In this document: piece after piece, positions 10,312 to 23,754 of the stretch
Position numbering within the stretch: the stretch's first letter is position 1
Layout of the letters: every line of letters begins with the position of its first letter
From: Eledone cirrhosa
Lineage: Eukaryota
Length of the DNA stretch: 64,000 nt
NCBI GenBank assembly: GCA_964016885.1
Contig: OZ024742.1
Span: forward strand, 357,616,001 to 357,680,000
Reading direction: 5' to 3'
The notes under the pieces: model-generated
Database searches by the model: none
The model's input: the letters and a program-made list of their open reading frames with translations, nothing else
Told to the model about the DNA's origin: nothing
Position numbers and translations under genes: made by a program

Positions 10312-13300
10312 TCATCATCATCATCATCATCAACGTTTAACGTCCGTGTTCCACGCTTGCATGGGTTTGGACGGGGGTAGTCCCACTTGAGGCAAGAGTG
10401 ATAGTCTTGCTCGCATAGGACTGTCTGGCAGGTTTTCTACAGTTGGATGCCCATCCTAACACCAACCACATTTACAGTGTGGGTCTGGGAGGTTTTTACC
10501 GTGTTGCCTACACGGCCACATTACAGCGTGGACTGTGTGTTTTTTTGTCGTGACACCTACACGATCTCATTTGTTTCGGCCTCGATGGCGCGGCACCAAC
10601 ATAACTTTACATAGAACGGGGTGGTGTGGATGGGGTGAGGGTGGTGGTGGTGGGACGGGGTGTATTTTGTTAGAGATGCCTACTGGCTGGAGTAGGTTTT
10701 ACTATATATTTAGGTAAGGCGGGTCTTCTCTGTTACTGAGTACCGCCAAAGGTCTCGGTCCAGTGACATTGTCTTGGAGAGGTGTAAGTGTGTGATGTCG
10801 GAGTTTATCAGCTCGTCCCAGGTTTTTCTAGGTCTGCCTATTCCGTGACTACCGTCTATCTTTATTGCCCTGCACTTTGTTATACAGCTATCGACTTTCA
10901 TGCGCATCACGTGTCCATACCAACGTAGCCTTCTCTCGAGTAAACAACATCTGATCCCTCTTATCTCTAATTTTTTCCTTAGTTCGTTTATGCTTTGCCG
11001 TTCACGTATATTACTGTTACACATCCAGCGGAGCATGCAAGCTTCGTTCCTTTCTAGTCTGCGTATATCCTCTGCACACAATGCCCAGGTCTCACTGCCA
11101 TGCAGCATTGCTGTTCGTATGCAGGCATCGTACAACCTGCCTTTCATTTTTAGGGAGAACCCTTTAGCAGCTAATAGTGGTATAAGCTCTCTGAACTTTT
11201 TCCAACCAGTTCTGACTCTAGCTACAGTACTTTCAGAGCACCCTCCCCCACTGCTGATTTTATCGCCCAGCTAACGGAAGCTGTCCACTATTTCTATAGA
11301 ACCCTCTTTGCGCAATTGAAAGAGCTAGTATTTTGTGGGCACTTGCTGCTACTTATTGCACCAGAACACCGGCCACATGTAAAATCTTTGTTCTTAGTTA
11401 GCTTACCTGTGATCCCACTACATCTTTTATGCACCCATACTTTGCATTTAGGACATAAAATGGAGTTTCTACCTACGCCTTTCCTACACACCGAGCACGA
11501 CCATTTCCCAGAAGGGACCGCCGCCTTGTTTTCTTTCCTACAAACTAGTACTTTGGTCTTAGCCAGGTTAATTTTAAGTCCTTTTGACACTAGGCCGTGC
11601 TTCCATGTTTGGAATTTCTTCTCTAGCTCGGCCATTGATTCCGCTATGAGTGTCAGGTCGTCTGCGTATAGGAGTTCCCATGGGCAGCCTGTCTTGAACT
11701 CCTCTGTTATAGCCTGAAGGGCAATAATAAATAGTAGGGGCCTGAGAACAGAGCCCTGATGGACGCCAACTTTTACGCTAAACTCTTCACTATATTCGTT
11801 GTTAATTCTAACCTTGCTGACTGTTTCTTTATACATGGCTTGTATAGCCCTCACAAGCCATTCGTCAACGCCTAGTTTTCTAAGAGCCCACCAGATAATG
11901 GAGCGGGGGACTCTGTCGAAGGCTTTCTCCAAGTCGACAAAAGCTAAGTAGAGGGGTTTACCTTTAGCTAGGTACATCTCCTGTAGTTGTCGTACTATGA
12001 AAAGAGCGTCTGTGGTACTTTTGCCTGACACAAACCCGAACTGCATTTCATCTAGGTCAATTCTCTCTCTGATTAGTTGCGCTATTACTTTTTCCGTGAC
12101 CTTCATGACCTGGTCGATTAATTTAATGCCTCTATAGTTACTCCTATCTAGGGTGTCTCCTTTACCCTTATAACAGTTAACGATGATGCTGCTATGCCAG
12201 TCCTTCGGAACAACCCCATTCTGTACGACTTGGTTAACTATGCGGGTGACCATGGTGTGTCCCACCGTGCCAGATGCCTTCAGCATCTCAGCAACTATTT
12301 CCGAAGGCCCAGCCGCCTTACCCGTCTTCATATCCTTGATTGCCTTACTTATACTCCCCTCGACTAACACGGCTGGTCCCTCTATTGGGTCGATATGGGG
12401 GAGACTGTCTTTCTCCCATTTATTCTCCTCATTTAGTAGCCTTTCATAGTGACACTTCCAAGCTACCTTCTTATCAGCGTCGGTGATGGCAAGTGTGCCA
12501 TCGTCGTTTAGTACACACTTCTCCCCGACAATATCACGGTTTTCCTTGACGCATTGCCTAGCAATCCTGAACACCTCACGTTTTTTGGTCCTCGCGTTGT
12601 AGAACATGCTTGAACTTTCTTTCCTCAGCTTCCCTTCTTGCTAAGTACACTTGTCTCCTAGCTTCCCTCCTGGCCACTTGATAGTCTTATCTACTTCCCC
12701 CATCCCGCCATACTTTCCAAGCCAGCTTTTTGGCCTTAATTGACCCCTCCACCTTACTGTTCCACCACCATGTTACTCTCCTCCTGCCTACAGGCCTGCT
12801 CCAGCCACAGACTTCGTCTGTCGCCAACAGCAGGTTTGCTTTCAGAAATTCCCACTCTCCCTCTATATTGTCCGACTCTAAATGTTCTTCCTTACTGTCG
12901 AAAGCATCAAGTAATATGCTTTGAAATTTATTCCTGGCTGTGGGGTCCTTTAGCTTCCATATTTTTCTCCTGAGGATAGTCCTCTTCTGCTGTCGAGTAC
13001 GTCTCGTCCTGACTATGAGGTCGCTAATTATCAGTCTATGTTGGGAGGTGCATTCTTCATGGGGGAGGGATTTAGTGTTTACAACAGACACTCTGTCACG
13101 TCTTCTGGTAAAGATATAATCTACCTGGCTTGTGTGTTCCCCGGATCTATAGGTGATCAGGTGATTGTCACGTTTTTTGAAGTTAGTGTTACAGATAGTT
13201 AGGTTATTTGCATCACAGAATTCCAGGATTCTGGAGCCTTCCACGTTTCTAGTACCAAACCCATAGCCTCCATGGATTTCGTCGTAGCCGTCACAATGTT

Positions 13301-14150
13301 GTCCAACGTGACCATTTAGGTCGCCTGCGATAATTATATAGTCACTGTCGGATATTTGGGAGGTAGTTAGCATCAGTGTCTCATAGAATCTGTCTTTTAT
13401 AGTGCCGGGCAGTCCGGATTGGGGTGCGTACACATATATTACTGTCACCGTAGTTCTATTGAGGACAAGTCGTATTTTAATTATTCTGTCGTTCACTCTA
13501 TTTACGTCTATTATCTTATCTGCCCACTTTTCTGCTACCATGATTCCTACTCCACCCAGCCCATCGTCGTTTCCCACCCAGAAAAGCTTATAACATCGTT
13601 TCTTACCCTCAATGAACCTAGCAGACCCACCCCTCCACCTGGTCTCTTGAATACAACAAACATCGACTTCCTTACGTTAAAGCATTTCTACAACCTCGTT
13701 AGCGCGACCCTTTAGGGTGCCTACATTTATGGTACCAACTCTGAAGTTTTGGATTGCGTTTGGGGGTTGGGGGCGGTGGGGGGCGGGGGGCGATGGGGTT
13801 ATGTTAGCCGTCCGCGGTCGAAACAATGAGGAGTGCTCGCATTCTCGTCCAAGAGGTGAATTTGTCTTTATCTTTGGCATTGTCGCTGAGCGTCCAGATT
13901 TTTCTCTCTCTCTCCTCCACTCTCCAGGATTCCGCAGTCCATCCATCATATATCGAAAGGCAACCAGGCAAGCGATAGTATAGGCCTCTGGCTTCTGATT
14001 GGTCCGCGTAATAATACTGGTGATGCGTGGGGGCTCTGGCTTATGATTGGTCCACGTAATAGCAATGGTGGTGCGTGGGGGCGGGAGGTAGGGGTGTTGT
14101 GTAGCTAGATAGAAGGTAATGATTGAATGGGGTCCTTGCATTTAACAAGC
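10312..14150 (-). mobile_element. Near full-length RTE-clade LINE (APE endonuclease + RT + PHD-type finger), frameshifted
   Basis: ORFs 13677-14141 (GTINVGTL), 12687-13577 (VYAPQ, GDLNGHVG, VDYIF, SQHRLI), 11294-12607 (FVDLEKAFDRV, VHQGSVL, LLYADD), 10710-11147 (RLRWYGHV, GRPRKTW). 3' tail (GAT)n at 10312-10331. 5' end approximate. Confidence 0.95.
10710..13750 (-). pseudogene. Disrupted RTE ORF (endonuclease-reverse transcriptase)
   Basis: Domains are in the expected order but split across at least four frames by frameshifts and stops. Confidence 0.9.
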
Positions 14151-14275
14151 GATTAACAAAAATACAAAATTTGTTCTGTTCAATACGACCAAAAACTTTC
14201 GTATAAATAAATAAAAAATGGTCTTTCATGGAGTTACAGATACTCCTATATTACATTCATCGTAGGAAATGCAGT

Positions 14276-14559
14276 CAGGGCTGGGTTTAATGGGGGCAAA
14301 GGCGGCAATTGCCCTGGGCCCCCTGTAATGGGGAAGTCCCACTAGCAATGGCTGCACACATTCTGCCCTCAGCTGGACTCTCTGTTTAGGACAGTAACAA
14401 TTTTTGAATTTAATACCTGTATGTATAACTTTCCAATCCAGTTATTTGCACCAAGATAACTTTGACATGTTAAATCCGGTGTTTTCTAATTTTTTGTGTA
14501 TGAGGAGTCCCTTCAAACCTGAAGTACCTTGGGCTCCCATAGGTCTAAATCCAACCCTG
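14276..14559. mobile_element. hAT-type MITE with 8-bp TSD (diverged inverted relative at about 58296-58539)
   Basis: TIRs CAGGGCTGGGTTTA / TAAATCCAACCCTG; TSD aatgcagt 14268-14275 and 14560-14567. Confidence 0.88.
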
Positions 14560-14627
14560 AATGCAGTGAAACACTGACTGGTCAATTGAAATGTGTGCAA
14601 CCAAGGAGGATGTGTTTAATAATAATA

Positions 14628-14911
14628 ATGGTTTCTACTTTTGGCACAAAGCCAGCAATTATCCCAGTGCATTACTGGTAATTTTTTTAATCGACTCTGT
14701 AAGGATGAAGGGCAGAGTTAACCTCGGCTGGATTTGAACTCAGACCATAAAGGGCCGTAACTCTTTGCTTGCATAGCATGGCATCCAACCCTCTACCGAT
14801 ACTACCAATCCACCGCCGTGTTTAATAATAATAATGGGTTCTGATTTAAGCTCAAGGCCAACAATTTTACTGGTACTTTATTTTATTGATCCCATAAGGA
14901 TGAAAGGCAAA
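14628..14911 (-). mobile_element. SINE family A (full copy 14628-14818 plus partial 14836-14911)
   Basis: Reverse complement of the family; gtgtttaataataataatgg duplicated on both sides of the full copy. Confidence 0.85.
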
Positions 14912-15390
14912 CCCATATCTCATCCGGGATATCCATCACATGGAGAGAGTTCAACGACTAGTGACTCAAATGGTACAGGGTCTTCATGAGCTGCCCTACG
15001 AAAGCCGGCTGCAGAAGCTGAATCTCTTCTCCTTGGAGCATCGACAGCTAAGAGGCGATCTCATTTTGGCTTACAATATCTTCAATGGCCATTACGATCT
15101 CCTATTCACAAGATCTCCTATTCACTCCGGTACTTGAAAGGGGTCTACGTGGACATGACAAAAAGCTGTTTCACCACTGCTTTCTCGATCGGCATCTCTG
15201 GACCCTGGAATCGGCTTCCAGAAGAAGTAGTCAACATGCCAACCACGCAACAATTCAAGGCGAAATTGGACCGGTGTTGGACCACTGTGTTTCCAACTGT
15301 GTAAATTTTGCCACTCTCCCCTCCTTACATGGCATCTTAAGCATCTATGTTTTATTTTCTGCCAAATATATTGAATTGAATTGAATAACC
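14912..15390 (+). mobile_element. CR1-clade LINE 3' fragment
   Basis: ERVQR...LPYESRLQKLNLFSLEHRQLRGDLILAYNI...LRGHDKKL; (TTGAA)n tail. Confidence 0.85.
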
Positions 15391-16073
15391 CCAATAAGAT
15401 TTAACACAGAATGTAAAAGGCTATAAATTCTATGCTACAAAGCATGTTGTCCGAAACTCTACCGGTTCTACCAGCTCCTGTATTAAATAATAATAATGAT
15501 AGAATTTACTGACCAATCCCTAAAAACTAAATATCTCATAAATGTCAAAATTATATCTGTCACAAGAAAATTACTGAGAATTCTAGTTTAAAGGAAAACT
15601 ATTTCAAGATGATATATGAAGAACTTCCGTTGACAATATTTTTGATTAGAAAAGTTTGCCAATTGTTAGCTAGAGCCAGCTTCATGCTGTACAATATTTT
15701 CTCACATCAAAGACAGTAGTCTGCTTGTCTCAGCCATTCTCACAGTTTTCTCTAAAGATGGTGTCAGTTATATGGCTCACATTCTAAACACTGGAGATAT
15801 ATAACTATAAACACTACTTGACTTTTTCTTTTGCTGGTGATTTTTTTTCAACAATAATAAATTGTTATTTTGTGTTTTATTTTTACTTATATTATTCCTT
15901 TCCACAGGATGAATTTCTCAGAAAGAAAGACATCTATGATCATTTACTTACTGAAAGTGAGGTCTACTGAATTCATTAGATAGTATAAGTGTGTTGTCTG
16001 TTGTGCATATAACACACAGAAATAGAAAGAAGAATCACAGACACACATACATGTAAATATATGAATATATATA

Positions 16074-16111
<38 letters not shown>

Positions 16112-16286
16112 GGGAATATATATATATATATATATATATCTCGGGAATTTTACCCGCCTTAGATATATATATATATATATATATATATGAGTGTGTGTGT
16201 GTGTGTATATGTATATATATGTTTGTATGTATATATATATATATACATACATATATTACTATATATATGTATATATATATATATAT

Positions 16287-16594
16287 CATCATCATCATCA
16301 ACATCATCATCAGGTTTAGCGTCCGTGTTCCACGCTTGCATGGGTTTGGACGGGGGTTTTCCCACTTGAGGCAAGAGTGGTTGTCTTGCTCGCATAGGAC
16401 TGTCTGGCGGGTTTTCTACAGTTAGATGCCCTTCCTAACACCAACCACATTTACAGTGTCGGGCTGGGAGGTTTTTACCGTGTTGCCTACACGGCCACAT
16501 TACAGCGTGGACTGTCGGCGGGTTTTCTACAGCTGGATGCCCTTCCTAACACCAACCACATTTACAGTGTGGGGCTGGGAGGTTTTTACCGTGT

Positions 16595-16600
<6 letters not shown>
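16287..16600 (-). mobile_element. RTE 3'-UTR fragment with internal duplication
   Basis: Matches 10320-10535; ggcgggttttctacag...ccgtgttgcc is present twice. Confidence 0.85.
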
Positions 16601-16638
<38 letters not shown>

Positions 16639-16790
16639 TGTCTAACCCATGCTACCCATGTAATCAAAAGGAGCTAGTGAGACGTAATAAAAAAAAGAAA
16701 AAGAAATATATATACATATATACTATTATACTATATATAAATAGAGAGAGAGAGAGATGTTATCATGTGGCGGTGATGATATATATATAT

Positions 16791-16870
<80 letters not shown>

Positions 16871-18202
16871 AAATGTTCGTTGCATTGAAATAAAAATACA
16901 TCCACTTTGAAGTATTCAAATTATGTAAATTATCGTATCTTCTACTTTTTCCTCAGTTCTCAATCAAAGCTTTTCATTATTTCTAACGATCTGTACAACA
17001 TTTATAACATACATTTGTTCCTTTTTCTTCTTTTTTCTCTCTATGGATTCATTGACAAGAAATATTCCAGTTTTGAAAATCGTTGCTTTTATAGGGAAAT
17101 ATGGTAATTTTCAAACATTCAATTCTTCTATTTTGCTAAAACTCAATGCAAAATGTGTCCAGCATGAAATATGCAGTTTTTTGAAGTTTTTTTAAATGAT
17201 TTTATGTTGTAGTTTTTATCTTAATTTCTCAGTCACATATATTCATTTGTAGCAATCTGAATTTTTCTATGTATATACAATATTCCAGAGATTGTTGTTT
17301 TTTGGGGAAATATAGAAATTTGGAAACTTTAAATTCTTGTATTTTGTTCATACATTAATATATGCAAATTTTGTAAATTATCATATGTCACTACTTTTCT
17401 GAACACGCAAAACAGATTTTTACATTACTTCTAAGGAATTGGATAGCAGATAAACATCTATTTGTTTACAGTACCCCAACATTTATTGGTTTTTGAAAGC
17501 AAATATTCCAATGCAGAAATTTTCAAACCTTTTATTTGTTAGCATTTGAGACGTCCACTTTGAAATGTGCAAATATTTTACAATATAGTAAATTTTCCAA
17601 AGGTCCCAATCAAAATCTTTCATTGCAAAGAAGAAAGACAGTGTGTAATGTAAATAGGACATAGCACGTGAAACAAGTTGTAGTCTATATCAATTGTATT
17701 CTAACTATTATATGTTTTAGGTATGTAAATGCTTGTATCTCTCTCTCTGTTCCTAGCATGGAAAAATGGACGTGATGATATATATATCATCATCATCATC
17801 TTCGTTTTACGTCTATCTTCCACGCTAACATGGGTTAGACAGGAGTTTTCCCACTTGAGGCAAGGTTGGTCGGGTGATGGTGTCTCGCTCATATAGGACT
17901 AACTGGCAGGATTTTTTTATGGCTGGATGCCCTTCCTATCACCAGCACCAGTTTACAGCATGGACTGGGTGCTTTTATTCATGCCACCAGCAATAGAGAG
18001 GTTGTCCTACTGGACTCAGGTGCCCTCTCCACCCTCTACTTTGGCCCGGTTTTTAATGGCTGAATGCTACTACCATTACCTCCATTTACAGCATGAGAGA
18101 GAGGGGGATAGTCTGTGTTGCTGAGAGCAGGGATACCCCTAATCATGTGAGTACACAATACATGTGGAGATACATTCAGGATTTTACATCTCTCTCTCTC
18201 GC

Positions 18203-18254
<52 letters not shown>

Positions 18255-18374
18255 GAGTTATGTGTGTATGTACACATATATACAAATTGGTTTGATGGAT
18301 GAGATCAAGGACGTTGATATTGCAAAACGAGTCATGAAAATGAATAATTATACTAAATATATTTTATTATGGTT

Positions 18375-18558
18375 AATTGGCAGTATCGGTAGAGGGCTGG
18401 ACGCCATGCTTTCCAGCATAGTTATGGCTCTTTACGGTCTGAGTTCAAATCCTGTCGAGGTTAACTTTGCCTTTCATCCTTACAGTGTCGATAAAATAAA
18501 GTACCAGTAATCTACTGGGTAATTGCTGGCCTTGTGACAAAAGTAGAAACAATTATTA
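18375..18558 (+). mobile_element. SINE family A
   Basis: Same body. Confidence 0.88.
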
Positions 18559-20727
18559 ATATTCTTCTAGAATACCCCTGTTCATGTATATAGAATCTTG
18601 TAGTCCTGGGTATGACACTAAACTGAATCTTGTGGTAAGGCTCCATTTCAAGAGTCCAGGGCTTCTGGGTAGTATGGAGTTACTTTTTAGTCCCCATTAC
18701 TCCCAGATCTACTCTGACCTGGGGTGGTAGTACTCATCAGGGTCCCATCTATGGGTTAAACAGTCTTAGTGGTTAGACACACCTGGTAGGCTTAACACGC
18801 CCTAACCCTGCATCTAGGGACATGTTTTGTAGCAGCCAGCAGCCATTCCCCAGCCAGAGCAACTGCCCCCCCCCCCCCCTTCTCCATGCCTCCAGTGGCT
18901 AGGAGAAGGGCACTCTGATGTAAAACTTGTCACGCGGACCTCACTGTCCCAGCTTGCTAGGCAATAGCAAATGAACCCAAGGTGTAAAAGTTGTGGTCAG
19001 TTCAGTGCAAGTGGCAGAGTATTAAACAGACATGCATACTCTTAACATAGTTCTCAGGGAGATTCAGTATGACATAGAATGTGACAAGGCTGGCTCTTTA
19101 AATTACAGAGAGATGGAAACAACCATCAATTCATCACCAAGTGCAACAATCGGCCACACATCATAAGGGTCAATGTAACACTTTTAGATAAGCCAACACA
19201 CTTACGACATCACCATGGGTGATGGTGAGGCTAAGGCACTGAAACAACCAAGCAACCTCACTGGCATTGCCTGACACCTCAGTAAGGTGAGCCACCTGTG
19301 ATGACAAGAACCTCACTGTCAGTGGCCCAACTCCACCAAATATCTCAAATGCCATAGGCTGGAGAAAAATATATATCAAGCCTCATTAGACACAGCCAAA
19401 TGTTACAGCAAATATTAAATTCTTCAATATTACTATTTCTGTTATTACAAAACATATTCCATATCAACATACATTCTATCAGTTTGTAGAAATTTGAAGC
19501 TCAGTTATTTTTATCAGATTCCTTTTAATTTGGCATCATTTTGAATTGTGATTTTCATAAATACTTAATTGAATTATGGTGAAGCTTAAATAATAAAGTA
19601 AATTTAATTACTTCAATTAAATAATTCCATCAAGATTACGAAAAATAAGATATTCTTGTGTTACCATTTGCAGACAGTAAAATTGTCCATGAAAATATAT
19701 TTAATTTCAAAATATGTAGGCCCTGCTAGATCTATAGAAAGATGCCAATCTTCACAAAATTCTTTTCTATGCGGTTTTCTAAACAAAGACCATTTGATTT
19801 TTCTCTTTAAGACATTACAGTTTCTTCACAGCATGGAATGTTTGATGTTAATATATATATCACTGTATTTTGTTGTCCTATCAGAAGCAACCATCTCCAA
19901 ATAATCGGACTTGATTATCAAGAGAGACCAACCAAGATTATGGATGTTATCTAGCCATTGTAGTTGTGGTCTACCTCTGGATCTCCTGCCAGTTGGCTTT
20001 GTCTGTAAAGTCTGTCCACGGATTCTTTCCTTCATCATCATCATTTTACGTCCACTTTTCCCTGCTTGCAAGGGTGGGACGGATCCTATTCAGCACAGCA
20101 TCTCTCCACTTGTCACGGTCCTTCGTCATCTCCTCCGTGAGTTTCAGTGATATGAGGTCTGCTCTCACCACCTCCGCCCATGTTTTTCCTTATACAGTCT
20201 AAAAACATGCCTGTAGTATTAGACCCCATCTCTCAGTGCAAACAAGAAGTATTTTCTTGTCACTCAGAGCCATCATTAACCTTGCCCCAATCAAATAGGC
20301 AGAAATATTCTAACAAACCACAATATCTCTCTTTCTCAGCACACAATCTCTTGACAAATATATGTAAGAAATTATTTAATATTTTTTTAAACGAGAAATA
20401 ATAATTATTCCTGTAAAAACATTATTGTTAATTAACACAAGTTTAATTTTTTGCATATTTAATTTGACAAATTCGTCAATAGAAGATACAGAATTTATTT
20501 CTTTACCCCAATAAATCTACACATATTGTATAACATAGTACACACTGTGTTGTGTTCAGGAGAAAGATGCAGACATGTTAGTAGTAGTTTCCATGGGTGG
20601 GATTGGTAAAGAATTGTCTACTGATTGACAATGTTATTTTTCTCTGTTCTCTCTTCATTTTAGCATCTGTAACTATTTTTGATAATTGCTAATAAAATAA
20701 ATCAATAAAAGAAACATTCCAATTACA

Positions 20728-20904
20728 ATAATTGTTTCTACTTTAGGCACAAGGCCAGCAATTACCCAGTGCATTACTGGTACTTTATTTTATCGACCCC
20801 GTAAGGATGAAAGGCAAAGTCAACCTCGGCGGGATTTGAACTCAGATTGTAAAGGGACGTAACTATGCTGGAAAGTATGGCGTCCAACCCTCTACCGATA
20901 CTGC
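20728..20904 (-). mobile_element. SINE family A
   Basis: Same body, reverse strand. Confidence 0.88.
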
Positions 20905-21251
20905 ACAATGATATTAATTAGATAGATATATAAAACAATTCTCTATGTAAGATGAAATCCTTTTGTTTCTGTCCTACTCCATCAATCTTACTCCGCACTA
21001 CAATAATCTTTCACTATTTTCAGGTATGATTTAAAAATTGATATTTTCATTATATATCTTTCCAACTATTAGTAACACGTTATCACAACAATTAATGTTT
21101 GTCTCAGCAGAAAAAATAACCATTACAAATAAATGAAAATAAATTCAGAGCAATGAATTATATAGTGATGTATGGTATATGTAACCTTGACATCACATGA
21201 ATCTTATCCAGCACTTCATGTTGTGGAATGTCATTGAGTGTGCAAGTCTTA

Positions 21252-21615
21252 TAATAATAATGATGAAATTATGGTGTACAGTGCTCAGGTGCACTACAAC
21301 TCATCAAAGGTGCATGTATAGTACATAGAATAATGTACAAATGTCAGGTATAGTGTTGGCGAATCTCAGGAAGCATGGATGTTTTAAAGGATGCAGTGTC
21401 TCGACAGCTAACAACTGATTCAGGGAGTTTGTTCCATGGAGGTTTTAAAGGATGCAGTGTCTCAACAGCTAACAACTGATGTAGGTAGTTTGTTCCATGC
21501 TTCAGCAACTATGAGCATGAAAAAAAGTTTCCGAATGTCATGGGAGCTGTGCTGTTTTCTGACTTTGTAGGCATGGCGATGTGTGTTAGACACATGGAAC
21601 TCAAAAAGGTGCTAA
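21252..21615 (-). mobile_element. CR1-like LINE 3' end with ~60-bp internal duplication
   Basis: Minus translation HAYKVRKQHSSHD.RK.FF...VAEAWNKLP..VVS...TASFK. Confidence 0.7.
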
Positions 21616-21696
21616 TGAGAATACTATGTGCCACACTGAAATATACACATATTCAGTGACCTTGTGCCGAAATCAGAAACCATTATTATTATTGAG

Positions 21697-22110
21697 TCAT
21701 CTATAACAGATTAAAATTACGCTCAAAGGCATTCCAACCATGATAATCCTGTCTTCTTTAACATTATATAGGACTACATTATCTAATGTGTCTCTTTCTA
21801 AGATGATAGGCTGTGATTTGGCTGCAGTATATAGCAAATTGTGTAACCAGGTAAAGGCTTTTTGTACAGTCAGAGAATGTATTTCATCAACTTGTTGAGT
21901 TGTACTTCTTTTATGGGCCACATAATATAACTGAACACAGTAGCCTTCTTTTTGCAATGAATGTATATACTCCAATATAAGCCTTGGAATATGGGACCCA
22001 AAATCGATAATGGAATAGGGAGTCATCTTATATTTGGAGTCAATATTTTGACGATTTTTACCAACTTCAAATTCTAGATAAATAAGGTTTGGATATTTGC
22101 CTATTTCTCA
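21697..22110 (-). other. Stop-free frame of about 135 codons in apparently non-repetitive DNA; possible exon
   Basis: ORF 21697-22026 extends upstream without stops to about 22110; no family recognised. Confidence 0.25.
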
Positions 22111-23145
22111 GACATAAACTAGTGAGGTTGGCTTATGTTCGTATTATATTATATTCAAGTATAAACCGTTACTCTATCACCACAAAATTACAATATCATT
22201 TTTAAGAAGTGGACCATATGTTGGTCGAACAAAGTTTTTATAAAGTATCATCTATTGTTTTTTTCTTTTCCAAATACTTTTGGAAATACCATTTAATGGT
22301 TATTCAAGTTCATTTCATATGATTAGAACAAAGTAAATCTTCAGTTTAACACTCACTTATCATATATTAAAAGATAACCTGTCTATAGAATCAATTCCTG
22401 ATGTACCCAACGTGTCACAGCCTAATCCTATTTGGCCAGACAGAAGTAGCTCACCTTTACATGATTGCTAAAGTAAATTTATTTCATATTTCTTTTGGTT
22501 TTTCTACATTTTCTAACAAATGTTTACTGTGTGTTACTGCTATGTCTCTTAAAGACCAAAACCTTGGTCATTTTCTTGACAGTATTATCGAAGAGGTGTT
22601 ACAAAACAAAACTAAGTATCTCATTTATTATAAATGAAGTTACTCTTGTTCATGTGTTAAATGAAAGTTATTTATCTTTTGCTAAGGTAACCTGGTATTT
22701 CAAATTGGTAGCTGTAACTTAGATAGCTTGCTATCTTAAATTGAATGTAGCACACTAGCTGTTTATCTCAAATTGTGACCATATTTAAAGGGAAGCTCTG
22801 CTGATACTGTAAAAATCTATATAGAAATTGACTTACACAAACAAACACACACATATATAGAGAGAAGGAGACACACAACCAAATATAAATGTATACATAT
22901 ATATAAACCTATAAATATACATACTCATTAAGGTGCTTATATATATATATATAAATATATGCAAAAGTTCTATTTAAAATTGTTGGGATACAGCAAGTAA
23001 ATATTTTTATAACTGATATAAAGCACTCGACAAGTATTTGGAGTAGATATATGATATTAATAAATGGAAACTATATTTATAAAACCATATTTATTTCATT
23101 ATACATATTTCAGGGATACCAAATTAAATTGTATCAAATTAATAT

Positions 23146-23330
23146 GGCGGTGGATTGGCAGTATCGGTAGAGGGTCGGACGCCATGCTTTGATGCATAGA
23201 GTTACGGCCCTTGCTATTCTGAGTTCAAATCCCGCCGAGGTTAACTTTGCCTTTCATCCTTACGGGGTCGATAAAATAAAGTACCAGTAATGTACTGGGT
23301 AATTTCTGGCCTTGTGCCAATAGTAGAAAC
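23146..23330 (+). mobile_element. SINE family A with 9-bp TSD
   Basis: TSD aattaatat 23137-23145 and 23331-23339. Confidence 0.92.
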
Positions 23331-23448
23331 AATTAATATCGTATATATAAATATATATATTCAAATATATGACATATACCTATGTACATATATATATATA
23401 TTTATATATATATATATATATATATTCAAATATATGACGTATACATAT

Positions 23449-23524
<76 letters not shown>

Positions 23525-23558
23525 ATATATGACTATGCATATGTGCATATATATATAA

Positions 23559-23589
<31 letters not shown>

Positions 23590-23754
23590 GAAACATATAT
23601 ACACAACAAATATATGTACATCCGTTGTCCATTATGCTAGCATGGAAAATCAATGTTAAACGATGATGAATATATATCTTCGTTATCATCCTCGTTTTAA
23701 TGTACACCTTCCTTGCTAGCAAGAGATGGACGGGTCTACACACATATACATATC

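Noticed and set aside
10900-13983. Plus-strand ORFs overlapping the RTE (and minus-strand ORFs over the Gypsy pol)
   Set aside because: Antisense shadows of retroelement coding frames.
15908-15956. Micro-exon with strong acceptor (ttcctttccacag) and GTGAGG donor
   Set aside because: Too short to support alone; such sites arise by chance in AT-rich DNA.
15944-16919. ORFs rich in YI/HT/CV dipeptides (also at 1.7, 4, 23, 38-40, 54, 57 kb)
   Set aside because: Translations of (TA)n and (CA)n microsatellites.
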